Part shown: positions 12,301 to 19,092 of the stretch, piece after piece
How positions within the stretch are numbered: position 1 is the first letter of the stretch
Layout: each line of letters opens with the position of its first letter
Assembly: GCA_965214095.1 (NCBI GenBank)
Contig: OZ243938.1
Coordinates: 3,840,001-3,904,000, forward strand
Direction of reading: 5' to 3'
Length of the DNA stretch: 64,000 bases
Origin: Candidatus Poribacteria bacterium
GTDB lineage: Bacteria > Poribacteria > WGA-4E > WGA-3G
Notes under the pieces: generated by a model
The model's database searches: none
What the model was told of the DNA's origin: nothing
The model's input: only the letters and a program-made list of their open reading frames with translations
Program-made: the position numbers and the translations under genes

Positions 12301-12529
12301 TGACGTAACATTACGCCCCGTGCGCGTGCTTGTGGATAACGAAATAATGGAAGCTGGTTATTATACACCTGCAGCTGATTCAGATACAAATCCCTTCAGT
12401 TCAATCGGTTGGGATGGAAAATCAAGCAACGGTGAAGACTTAGCTCGCGGAATCTATTTCTGTGTAATAATGGTAACAGATGGTGTTGAACCTGAATACG
12501 CCATTCTTAAGCTCGCTCTGACGCGCTAA
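3356..12529 (+). CDS. Giant acidic secreted surface protein with Ig-like repeats and a C-terminal T9SS type A/FlgD-Ig-like sorting domain
   Basis: RBS GAGGAGG at 3341-3347 then ATG 3356; signal peptide MKKRTLVCFLIFLLCVF; about 11 Ig-like units (PT/SVxIxSPxxGQ...) at ~8970-12180; C-terminal NYPNPF...ITIYDV...WDGKSSNGEDLARGIYF. Confidence 0.8.
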   Translation: MKKRTLVCFLIFLLCVFHSSIPDTVFGQDADQTPEQLAKQVFDEHNQVLRRASVKQYLPEIIEGLKSTDADIVSLINLAITLVGSDPSGTGLKAAAESQGVTLTDDHIAIIADSDVQKVLQDDTTVALLSLTGDDLAAGLDELLRLINESEAITDPGDSTPPDPAPPTISITTPSPTTAQSGSFNVAFTTADANQDPVTVTASISVDPAEAAGYYSSTVIGNSVRVTQTAPTTAMSTIPGAAVTLTLTANDGTADSTPATIVITFGAAELPPEKPPEPPDKPEPPTGDELPPIGEITSNLNGTSRVGGLSLNRVHGRAFIRGLIVEAAGQATLDAFNQNPDALVEPVVDFILNQVPAGFLPKKQIRQMLTATQPSSIFAEEADSQLDFENFGNAIAPALNEIIYTNVDNTTKYLASDNLNVYVRVPDTLLGGNVEVGLNGYKVANATRITPLVFQQDTIPYTFSLDETLAAMNLPAWPNANFDNQLFSGVVLRYSQTGIDGEYIAVDMDPVQSEKGVVWESEIGIPPPKEERDPAANIYYYFEVTLAEPVMLELINPEALSEAVNSVDGTHTLEATRTYEINSWAMPDPRNIQLDDRGILEALFTDDVRNQIIQIVAPLVNEILAGNASEIRVPGNQIRGLQNALLNSANDLFTHFETTFDPMLVSVFSLPYVDIATESLWYANIDPIADGPVNFEARVVNADGDVVDHIVEEITADDSAPEATITEMDENIVPAGNATGYWNRDGVFVSTATPADTPALINITSTVTKGTVGEGEGYLVYQIIKLDEHGRPLSTWLPLTVLNSMVSSDLWDLVVENLPDDLTEFAVPGTDTTLNISDFPLEFIISALQGDVPIPGVDIDTIIIDAIEDFVGIRISEDQYALLAELLGAVVDDINLFPITSDPSRMMTIPIQGANMPLMLGNYGIRAMGIDTLFNVGSHVAPTRLRVVVPEWDRTSVTMASLGDLNGDGDADEAYESGTIYSNATDVTLTVVVDERTVHPGTVMVQYLDAEGTWQTIDELELAEAGVPAGTALTLPWSVTDFDDLVMAGDTVELRTVTTNGLKLTDESETFSINLDADVHPVDPKVLNVDFDETSVMMTNPDSGAPQGTIQLIAHTPRRTVPETTSLLVEVKRASDEKWSMVGTVEMGDANGMSGVDAAAIMFKGKTLGEIYPSDASMIHINETSSYLMWTITVDTTLLEDSITVDNPGARDASMDDNQYMVRATPVVDGSLPDNPNENPTAEGEEYTEMFSVDNDDDVAPLGPTNVVATSIDAMYHVFEDNGDGTYTVGGLVDKYDPEINSPTVTIAITPSADRPTYHSVKLLTTLPEGAIIGEITETAEGSGVFTVTIDVGTLMDADEFVHNDRYLEDAYIDNPSEFIYNPKGDVFTFQLHALAYDKAEAYDDATAADEMFMEYGNVQADDYDGDEITVNVQNTYRNDPGVIAITVENSDGMVNPDSGAPQGELTFNVYTYYVTSPPTEGIRVEVKRPVDDTWERITGTAVEPVEVDVSDVPGIADLDDITGGLIGITQAGTESGGESVVAIPGRFMKWQFIVDTRELALEDTVTAEGTIKLDDTISRGDASERDVSVDENQYEVRAISLTPKNIDHPEYPQRDGVEASFSLDNVDDVPPLGPTNIVGVSDRDAYGDMQSIEANEDGSYTVGGIVDQGVNSPAGIFHIEPTAEPITYAGGSLKLVQTAPDGTETEAAGSLDDGYIEIDVGLLENGTYMYYALVADKEGNVQVQGEADMPSPIVTVHVNNFRVSDITDLTVTSVDGVMVDGELPERIPLRESIGVSFNVPNGTLMVDDLTAVHVNGEQAAFAAGSDAENAFSLMASELSKIASGHYTVRGEVTKRNGSVTFPMAMVNLDNTAPMISFVSPVEGEAINDLPTLHAMFNDGDLGVGISVDTAMVGLARVRPDSESQEEIAIDVDQGMVEQDIDSVVYTRIDKLAGGAYKFTVQVSDSLGNVGEASIAFAVEGINPTVMITAPASGQAFDASPASVTGFFAGGGEVNITSFTVNDVDVSESVTVDESNFTYVPDEGFSEDAYTVSVEVTDGSGLTAQTSLTFTVEYPVPTATIDTPTAGQVYNHGKPIITGTFSGADPVIGTLSIDDGEGVMVVDGNDFTYEPTENLADGDHTVTLAVIDVNGNTAEATTEFTINIAGPSVAIHSPTAGQMYDHGMPSIRVEASADDEAQPVTVSVMVNSEAATMNDDGTYSPAAELGDGEHTVVATATDANGKTAEATVIFSVLLPVPTASITTPAAGQVYDHGMPIITGEVSGATPIAGVLSVDGKEVMKVTDTEFSYTPTDALSDGDHTVMVSITDANGRTAQASTSFTVNIPGPSVTLHSPASGQMYSYDEPVITWESSGVAEPISTSLTINGEEVELADGADSYTPEEGLGEGEHTVVVMVTDVNGKTAQATAVFTVEFPMASVTLTSPTAGHTYTNGSPVISGEFTGVGEVEVKVTVAGKDAKVTKDGNQFTAEHPSVLGHGMHKVEVEVTDANGESAMTSAEFMVDLPAPTVEILSPAPAQTYGNGEAVVVRVEYAGMDVSVSSFTINGEDVEVEPEDNMFMHTPEGLTTGEYVVNVEVTDAANNKTAMDTVVFNVKLDSTPPVISEVAPSGTLKDTWVNVSVVVSDEQSDIIGVDFFIRNEADTHKGFLPLGTVIAGAQNSATTQQIADGNVLTQGSFANGTHTLKVVATSEGGSSSHTWSFTVVTDNIKPTITSITPSGTLHAGLPTISASAHDASGVAEIVITVMDSSGEVVEGNMENDDEDGSEGITRSDFMPEMPLDEGTYVIEVRATDTHGNTSSAKGGFSIDFDTAAPLITSSSPQNGARLMYAHDDEKRPTISVTYGDAETGVNVKSIRFVFNDELINLTDDQKSATQVIYMPPADLEPGQYTVKIEVSDNAQKQGNVSDEAEGAREANTAVYEFSFFVEHGDVPILRAAPFNYPNPFTDKTRISLVLARRSNVTITIYDVTLRPVRVLVDNEIMEAGYYTPAADSDTNPFSSIGWDGKSSNGEDLARGIYFCVIMVTDGVEPEYAILKLALTR

Positions 12530-12549
12530 GTAAACAGATAAGTCCACAT

Positions 12550-12580
12550 ATTGGAATTGGGATATGTTCCCAATTCCAAT
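12550..12580 (+). other. Perfect 13-bp intergenic stem-loop
   Basis: attggaattggga-tatgt-tcccaattccaat; no U-tract follows. Confidence 0.7.
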
Positions 12581-12604
12581 GGTGAGACTTCAATGGAGGA
12601 TATA

Positions 12605-13579
12605 ATGTCTAACACAAAGCAAAAATTGCTATACGGTTTAATTACCGTTTCATTTCTTATCCTTGCTGTGTCACCTATCTGCTTTGCAGAGGGTGAGGTA
12701 AATTTAATGCCTCATCTACGTTTAGGGGCAGGTGCGCGTTCAATTGGTTTAGGCGGCGCATTCACAGCAATTGCAGAAGATGCCACTGCCACTGTCTGGA
12801 ATCCTGCCGGACTTGGTTCAGCGGCGGATCTTAGCCTCAATTTCTCTACTCAGAGACTATCACTTGATAGAAGTCATAATTTCATCGCAGTTACAAAAAC
12901 TCTCGGTAATGCTGGAGCTGTCGGTCTTGCTGCAACTAATTTTGGTGTATCGGATTATAGTTTATATGATGCATCAGGTGATTATGGTGGAAAAGCCGAT
13001 TACAGCACAAATGCCTATTCACTTTCCTACGGAATTGCATTCGGAAACTTCAATGTTGGTCTAACTGGCAGAATGCTTTCTGACAATTTCGGTGTAGACT
13101 CAGTTGAAAACCAGAGCGGTTTCGGTGGTGTTGATATCGGTTTGATGGGCCACGCATTACATATAGATGTTGAAGAAATGCAAGTTCCTACTTTCCATTA
13201 TGGAATTGTTGGTAAATATCTTGGCGCATCTGTTGGTGAAGGTACTGTCCCTATGGTGGTTAATGTTGGCGTTGCCTATGATCTTTATATGGGTAATGTT
13301 GTTACTTTCTCAGCTGATATTGAGCAAGAATTCGTCAATCTTGATGACAGCGCATTTAGCATGCGTGGTGGTGTAGAATATCGGTTGATGAATATCAGAT
13401 CAACAGAATTCGCACTACGGGCTGGCATGAGAGCATCCCGCGATGTTCAGAACCTCTACGGTGGATTCGGTGTGAATGTTGCTGGACTTCAAGTTGATTA
13501 TGCTATCCAAGATGGTATATCAAGTGGAATTAATAGTGATGGAAGCACACATTATGTTTCTGTTTCCTACACATATTAG
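12605..13579 (+). CDS. PorV/PorQ-like (UPF0164/FadL-type) outer-membrane beta-barrel
   Basis: RBS GGAGGA at 12595; signal peptide; GARSIGLGGAFTAIAEDATATVWNPAGL signature; C-terminal YVSVSYTY beta-signal. Confidence 0.8.
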   Translation: MSNTKQKLLYGLITVSFLILAVSPICFAEGEVNLMPHLRLGAGARSIGLGGAFTAIAEDATATVWNPAGLGSAADLSLNFSTQRLSLDRSHNFIAVTKTLGNAGAVGLAATNFGVSDYSLYDASGDYGGKADYSTNAYSLSYGIAFGNFNVGLTGRMLSDNFGVDSVENQSGFGGVDIGLMGHALHIDVEEMQVPTFHYGIVGKYLGASVGEGTVPMVVNVGVAYDLYMGNVVTFSADIEQEFVNLDDSAFSMRGGVEYRLMNIRSTEFALRAGMRASRDVQNLYGGFGVNVAGLQVDYAIQDGISSGINSDGSTHYVSVSYTY

Positions 13580-13599
13580 GACTTAAGAGGAGAATACTA

Positions 13600-14463
13600 A
13601 TGAATATGATTAAATCCACACTAAAATTAACCTTGATTCTCTATCTCTGTGTAGCACTCAGTGGGGTGTATATCTTATCTGCTACAGCACGAATCACACC
13701 AAAAGAAGGTGGTGAGGATACTAAACTGATCACTATTGTAAAAGGTGATACACTTTGGGATCTCTGTCAAGAACATTTGAAGGATCCTTTGCGGTGGCGT
13801 GAGTTGAGTAAGTATAATGACTTCACAAATCCTGACCTTATTTATCCAGGCGAAAGCCTACGGATACCAGTCTCTATGATGAATGGTATTGTTGAGGAAG
13901 TTGGAAATAAGGTTGAAATTGATCAGGAGGAGTTGGAGAAATTACGTGCTGAACTTGAAGAATCTGAAGCAACTCGTGAGAAATTGTCAGGTGAAATAAA
14001 GAGTTTGAATGCAAGCATTGATAAGCTTGAAAAACAAATTAAAGCTCTTGAAACCAGCCAAAAATCACAGAAAGTTTTACTTGATGCAATTAAGAAAGCA
14101 AATAATGATGCCGCGACAGATGTCAAAAAAGTAGTGAGAAATAACAAAAATGCATTACAAAAGCAGTTAAACGAACTACAGGGACATCTTGATTCTTCTA
14201 ATGAGATGCTTGGATCACTTCAAAAAAATCTTAAGGCTACACAAGAACACATCGGAAATATACAAAGTGATGTGAAAACTGTGTTAGCACAGATTGAAGC
14301 AAATCAAAAGGGAATCAGCGAACTGAAAATGATGTTAAAAGATGCTGAAGGTGTGCATGAAGAGGTCTCTTCATCCAAACGCGCACTTGTCTTTGTTACG
14401 ACAGTTGCTGCTGGTATCGGTTGGTTTGTCCTAAATGCAATCGGCGGACGTAGTGGCGAATAA
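13600..14463 (+). CDS. LysM peptidoglycan-binding protein with long coiled coil and C-terminal TM helix
   Basis: IVKGDTLWDL...NPDLIYPGESLRIP LysM motif; heptad-rich central region; hydrophobic C-terminus. Confidence 0.85.
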   Translation: MNMIKSTLKLTLILYLCVALSGVYILSATARITPKEGGEDTKLITIVKGDTLWDLCQEHLKDPLRWRELSKYNDFTNPDLIYPGESLRIPVSMMNGIVEEVGNKVEIDQEELEKLRAELEESEATREKLSGEIKSLNASIDKLEKQIKALETSQKSQKVLLDAIKKANNDAATDVKKVVRNNKNALQKQLNELQGHLDSSNEMLGSLQKNLKATQEHIGNIQSDVKTVLAQIEANQKGISELKMMLKDAEGVHEEVSSSKRALVFVTTVAAGIGWFVLNAIGGRSGE

Positions 14464-14482
14464 GCATACTCGCTAGACTTTT

Positions 14483-14520
14483 AGCAGGGAAGGTGTGTAT
14501 AACACCTCCCTGCTTTTTTT
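14483..14520 (+). terminator. Intrinsic terminator of the surface-protein operon
   Basis: agcagggaaggtgt...acacctccctgct followed by a T-run. Confidence 0.85.
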
Positions 14521-14534
14521 ATATTATATTCATA

Positions 14535-15140
14535 ATGCATTCACTTAATTTTAATTATCAATTAAAGCCTTTTGATAAGACAATTCAACTATACGGCGAC
14601 AGAGCAGGCGGTCAGGGAAACTTTGACTTTGCAGGACTTGCAGAACTTCAAACCTTAAAGGTCGTCTTATTGAAAGGAAATCCTCATAGTCTTGAACAAC
14701 CAGCAGATTGGAGGCGGTTTCTACGACTGCTTGATCTTGCCCAACGTTTACATAAGCCTGTGATATTATGGAACCTTCCACTCACACAGAACACATCAAT
14801 AGAAAAACTAACGTCATTGGAATTGGGAACAGCAATTAAAGATGTTAGAATCAAACTGCTCAGATTACCGCAACCCATAATATCTGTTTATGATGATACT
14901 TTCGGTATAGACAATGAGAATTATATATTAAAGAGTGTGGATGGAACAATCGTAGTAGTCTCTGATGAGGAAAATGATAAGAGAGAACAGATAATAAAAC
15001 AGAACAATTTATCCTATGTTAACCAACTGTCAGATATATCAAAGAAGGTATCTGAATTGTTAGATGAGTTTTCAAGAGAAGAAGTCAGTGAATTATTTGC
15101 TATACGATTAGAAAGAGTTCAGGAAACAGAGAAAAGTTGA
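14535..15140 (+). CDS. Degenerate acetyl-CoA carboxylase carboxyltransferase alpha (AccA)-like protein
   Basis: IQLYGDRAGG..FAGLAEL, PADWRRFLRLLDLAQRLHKPVILW and LLRLPQPIISVY align by eye to AccA motifs; IDTPGA and GEGGSGGAL are absent. Confidence 0.55.
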   Translation: MHSLNFNYQLKPFDKTIQLYGDRAGGQGNFDFAGLAELQTLKVVLLKGNPHSLEQPADWRRFLRLLDLAQRLHKPVILWNLPLTQNTSIEKLTSLELGTAIKDVRIKLLRLPQPIISVYDDTFGIDNENYILKSVDGTIVVVSDEENDKREQIIKQNNLSYVNQLSDISKKVSELLDEFSREEVSELFAIRLERVQETEKS

Positions 15141-15194
15141 GTTCATTTCATTCACATATATGAGTTAAGAAAGAGTCTAAGCCAATATTACCCT

Positions 15195-16082
15195 TTACGC
15201 AATCAACACATCGTGAACTGTATCCCATAGGAGTATTATTACATAAGCAATCACGGTGACCACTAATACCACTTTTATCCATTTGTCACCCATTTTTACT
15301 GCCAAATGACTTCCAATCCAGGCACCAGTTGCGTTACCAACCGCCAATGTAAAACCCAAAACCCAATTGACATGCCCCTTGCTAATAAAAATACCTAAAG
15401 CAATGATAGTATAAAAGAATATAATAAAGACTTTATGTGCATTAGTTATCACCAGATCGCTATCATCCAATATTCGCAAGGTAGCAATGACTAACAAACC
15501 AACCCCTGCCTGTATGAAGCCACCATATATACCAACAAAGAATAGAGCAATAAATGTGACAATTTGATATTGCATTCCACTCGGATTTATTTTTTTCTGT
15601 AACCATTCTGTTGGATTAAATAGTGTCAGAATTAGCATTGTAATCATTACAACAGCAAGAACAGGTTTAAATACGCTATAAGGTGTCAAGGTAGCAATGT
15701 ATGCTCCTATTCCTGCACCGATCACGGCAGGGATTGTTAAGTTTATAGCGTGTCGAAAATTTGATACTCCCTTACTGCGGAACCCCATAATTGCACTGAA
15801 GTTTTGACAGATAATCGCCACTCGATTCGTTCCGTTAGCAATGTTTGTTTCATCAGTTCCCGTAGGAAGGGATGAAACATCAATTGCAAAAGGTATAAGA
15901 TAAACAAGAGTGGGTAAAGTCAAGAGAGAACCACCAAATGCAATGGTGTTGAGAAACCCAGCAAACATACCAACTGTCATTAGTAGAATAATATACAAAA
16001 TATCAAGACCGAATAACTCAATTCCCATCAAAATCTCCTTCTCGTTGTGAAGTTTTTCTTGTTCCATGACGATATTTGACAA
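15195..16082 (-). CDS. TauE/SafE (TSUP) family sulfite/anion exporter
   Basis: AGFLNTIAFGGSLLTLP, ANGTNRVAI, GIYGGFIQAGVG; multiple TM helices. Confidence 0.85.
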   Translation of the reverse strand: MSNIVMEQEKLHNEKEILMGIELFGLDILYIILLMTVGMFAGFLNTIAFGGSLLTLPTLVYLIPFAIDVSSLPTGTDETNIANGTNRVAIICQNFSAIMGFRSKGVSNFRHAINLTIPAVIGAGIGAYIATLTPYSVFKPVLAVVMITMLILTLFNPTEWLQKKINPSGMQYQIVTFIALFFVGIYGGFIQAGVGLLVIATLRILDDSDLVITNAHKVFIIFFYTIIALGIFISKGHVNWVLGFTLAVGNATGAWIGSHLAVKMGDKWIKVVLVVTVIAYVIILLWDTVHDVLIA

Positions 16083-16311
16083 ATCTTATCAAAAGAAATG
16101 CAACAAGATTACCTAAAACAAAAGCACTTATGATCCCAATTAGTAATGAAAATGCAATTGTTTGAAATAACCCGTATCCAAATGGACAATGCCAACCAAA
16201 TATCAGAATTCCAATTCCTGAGATAACTGCTCCGAACAGAAAACCGGTTATGCCAGCAATACCTGATATATTTTGATATTTTTTCAGTTGTGGTAGGTGT
16301 ATTTGAAACAT
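16018..16311 (-). CDS. Small hypothetical membrane protein
   Basis: Two Gly-rich hydrophobic helices; overlaps the TauE 5' region. Confidence 0.5.
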   Translation of the reverse strand: MFQIHLPQLKKYQNISGIAGITGFLFGAVISGIGILIFGWHCPFGYGLFQTIAFSLLIGIISAFVLGNLVAFLLIRFVKYRHGTRKTSQREGDFDGN

Positions 16312-16425
16312 ACATCACCAAATAAAATATGTACAATTTGGAATAAACAAATGGTGGTGCGTTGTACAATGCACACACCACCGAGACTTGTTTTCATATT
16401 TGTTGATATGAACTCAATCTGTGAT

Positions 16426-16565
16426 TTATAGTAAAAATCATAATTATTTACACACTACGGTAGGTTCGGTTTCCTAACCGAACCAGTGTTTGTCCAGTCT
16501 CATAGATGCGGTTAGGAAACCGCATCTACCGGTGAGTGTGCACGTGTTTTTACATTTCACTATAA
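16426..16565. repeat. MITE-like/REPIN composite repeat, copy 1
   Basis: Ends TTATAGTAAAA...TTTCACTATAA; contains GTAG-REP hairpins gtaggttcggtttcctaaccgaacc and (opposite strand) gtagatgcggtttcctaaccgcatc; near-identical copies at 45591 and 59295. Confidence 0.85.
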
Positions 16566-16596
16566 TTATGGAGCAATTTGATGTCATCACAGTATG

Positions 16597-17610
16597 CTAA
16601 TCGATTCCTAAATACTTATTCCTTCCTTTGACAAGTGCTTCTATTTTCCGGTCAACGACTGACCTTTGTAGCATCCAAAACCCGCAGTCTGGATGTACCC
16701 AACCAATTCTTCCAGAACCTAATACCTGTTCTGCTTTTTCTATGCTGGTTGCAACTTCATCAGGAGTTTCAACTGGATTAACTTTCACATCAATGACACC
16801 GATACCGAGTTGTATTTGTGCGGAAACATCCTTGAGTGCATCAAGATCCGCATTCGGACGATGTTTCAACTCTAATACAAGATGGTCGCATCTTAGCATA
16901 TTCAGGAAGTCTATCAGTGCCTTCCAACTACCTTGTTGGATTACTTGACCACCATAATTGCCGAAACAAAAATGTACCGCCTTCTCGCCATCAAATGCAT
17001 CGAGAACAATATTGATTGCCTCAGCAGCACGAGGACCGTCTTGTGGATTACCGGGTATATTTGCCTCATCAACTTGAAGGCATCGGCATTTCAGATCTCG
17101 CACCTGAGCAGACATTGTCTCAGCCAAGGAGGTGAGTAACTTGTCAAAGTCACCGTAATGTTTGTCCAACAAAGTCCGGGCAAGCATGTATGGACTAGTG
17201 ACAGTAAATTTTAAGTTATTACCTGCAACATCCACCGCACGTTCACAATCAGATACAAGGTTTAATGTGCCCTCACCTAAAGTATCCTCAACAACACCCG
17301 CGGGTTTGGCACGGAATGCCATCGTTTGCATCTGTCTAAATTCAGCCCAATCTTGTCGTCCAACTTCTGATCTAATACCAGAAAGCGGCCTTATAAAATA
17401 ATCAATCATCCCATTGGTATCAGGATGATTGACATCAAATCTGTATAGTTCACCATCGGTGGGTAGGTCAATACCGTGTTGCCGTTGTATATCTACTACA
17501 ACTCGGGTCGCATCAATCAGTGCTTGTTCTGACGGCATTGCATGAAGCCAAGATGGCACTGGATACGAACCGACAGTTGTTGTCGATATCTGTGGAGTAT
17601 TTGTTATCAT
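16597..17610 (-). CDS. Cobalamin-independent methionine synthase, catalytic-domain-only (core MetE-like)
   Basis: TTTVGSYPVP, PTDGELYR, LQVDEA, Zn ligands HFCFGN and PDCGF; ATG at 17610 preferred because the ORF-track extension lies in a mobile-element hairpin. Confidence 0.85.
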   Translation of the reverse strand: MITNTPQISTTTVGSYPVPSWLHAMPSEQALIDATRVVVDIQRQHGIDLPTDGELYRFDVNHPDTNGMIDYFIRPLSGIRSEVGRQDWAEFRQMQTMAFRAKPAGVVEDTLGEGTLNLVSDCERAVDVAGNNLKFTVTSPYMLARTLLDKHYGDFDKLLTSLAETMSAQVRDLKCRCLQVDEANIPGNPQDGPRAAEAINIVLDAFDGEKAVHFCFGNYGGQVIQQGSWKALIDFLNMLRCDHLVLELKHRPNADLDALKDVSAQIQLGIGVIDVKVNPVETPDEVATSIEKAEQVLGSGRIGWVHPDCGFWMLQRSVVDRKIEALVKGRNKYLGID

Positions 17611-17615
17611 ATCTT

Positions 17616-18049
17616 CGGTGTCAAGACCCCGTTGCTTTAGCACGGGGATGTAGACACCGCTCCTATTGTGTGTCAAGAAAAAACTTGCCTTTTAATCTAA
17701 AAACTAATATAATATCTTTAGCAATCGGCATTGGTTGTGATTGATGCTACGGCAGATAGCTAAGCAGTGAAACAATCACGTAAAAGCTTTGCTATTCAAT
17801 ACTGCTAAAGTTTTCAAAACATCTGTTGCGTGTTAGGGAAAGAAGTTTCAAAACTCATCCCGTTGATATTCACACGTGAAAATGTTTCTTAAGACCTCCT
17901 TTGGAGGTGCAGTTGGGACATCAACTGTTGGAGTAGGCTTTGTCACTGGAATGCCTGTTAGGTTTTCTAAACAAGGTCGTTGATACCACAATTGCTTGTG
18001 TGATTCTTTCAAAAGAATCACCGGAGTTTTAACTCGGTGAGTATGTCAA
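17616..18049 (+). mobile_element. Non-autonomous IS200/IS605 derivative (PATE-like) with left-end hairpin and tnpB-type right end/omega-RNA
   Basis: Left hairpin cggtgtc-aagaccccgttgc-ttta-gcacgggg-atgta-gacaccg (17616-17659); right end gaatcaccggagttttaactcggtgagtatgtcaa (18015-18049); TnpB-tail-like remnant AVGTSTVGVG near 17910; no tnpA/tnpB ORF. Confidence 0.7.
17685..17713 (+). promoter_or_regulatory. Sigma70 promoter inside the IS605 remnant
   Basis: TTGCCT-17 nt-TATAAT. Confidence 0.65.
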
Positions 18050-18081
18050 ATTATTCAATATAGGAATCCTATGCTATGATA

Positions 18082-19092
18082 TTATTCATTAACAAGTTCA
18101 TAAGAGACAAGTTCAAATTCTGATTCTACCGGCACGCCGCCTCTGGTTTGCGTTTGCGTGAATTTAATGATACCGACATTCGGAGCCAACCACTTATTGA
18201 CAACTGTAATATCAAGGTCAAAATCAGGTCCCTGAAGTTCAAAAATCCAGTGAAATGATTCTTGGATTTGGAACACGTTTTCAAAAGTACCAGCAGGGAC
18301 AGTCACAGTTTCTTCAGAGAGAACTTCGAACTCATCTTTACCGTGGTCTAATGGAAAGAGTTCAGGTGCTAATTTTGCTTGAAAATTGACGTCCCATTTC
18401 CAACCGGGTATAAGCGGAAATTTATACAAAGGTAGAAATGGAACAAACATTATCGTATCTTCAGTGCCAGGGGTTATATTCTGTGCGTGTTGGAGAATGC
18501 CTATTATGTTCCCATTGTCGTCTAACTCAGGTCCAAGATAGGAGTAGTCCGCAACATTTTCCAAATCTTCAGCAGTGTTCGTCTTTTCAAGAACAAAACT
18601 CTCAACGGTTTTTCCATCTGCAAGTTGAATCTGTATAGTATCTATAATTTCAAAGATTATCTCTGTGCCTTCAGCATCACGGTATGTCCATTTATTTCCT
18701 ACTGCTAAAGGGTAATAGTTACCTTCTCGTCCACGCCATACTTGGATATCAATGGTGCTTGTCGTAGAGCTTTTGCCATCGCTTACAGTCACATGAATCG
18801 GATATTTTTTTTCATCTTCTGGCGCGATCCAGATTGCCCCGGATTCATCCCCAGATATTTCTCCATTTGCTGCAGACCATGTGTATGTTAAGATATCGTT
18901 ATTAAGATCATACACTTGGAGTCGAATGGATACTTCTGCTTCTGGTAGAACTATCTCCGAATCTGTTTCAAAGACAGAGATTACTGGGGCAAAATTCTTA
19001 TTTCTTGGGACATTCTCATCGATGCCACAACCAACGATAGCTACAATAAAGAGGATACTAAAAAATGTCCAAACGGAACTATTCTTTTTCAT
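18082..19092 (-). CDS. Lipoprotein with Ig/PKD-like N-domain and beta-rich C-domain
   Basis: Lipobox IVGC; LTYTWSA...VTVSDG Ig-like segment; YYPLAVGNKWTY and ETVTVPAGTF...WLAPNVGIIK motifs. Confidence 0.7.
   Translation of the reverse strand: MKKNSSVWTFFSILFIVAIVGCGIDENVPRNKNFAPVISVFETDSEIVLPEAEVSIRLQVYDLNNDILTYTWSAANGEISGDESGAIWIAPEDEKKYPIHVTVSDGKSSTTSTIDIQVWRGREGNYYPLAVGNKWTYRDAEGTEIIFEIIDTIQIQLADGKTVESFVLEKTNTAEDLENVADYSYLGPELDDNGNIIGILQHAQNITPGTEDTIMFVPFLPLYKFPLIPGWKWDVNFQAKLAPELFPLDHGKDEFEVLSEETVTVPAGTFENVFQIQESFHWIFELQGPDFDLDITVVNKWLAPNVGIIKFTQTQTRGGVPVESEFELVSYELVNE

Noticed and set aside
12551-12604. ORF-track start of the PorV-like gene
   Set aside because: It lies in the intergenic hairpin; the RBS and signal peptide support ATG 12605
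17611-17676. N-terminal extension of the methionine synthase in the ORF track
   Set aside because: It translates the IS left-end hairpin; the family-like sequence begins after ATG 17610
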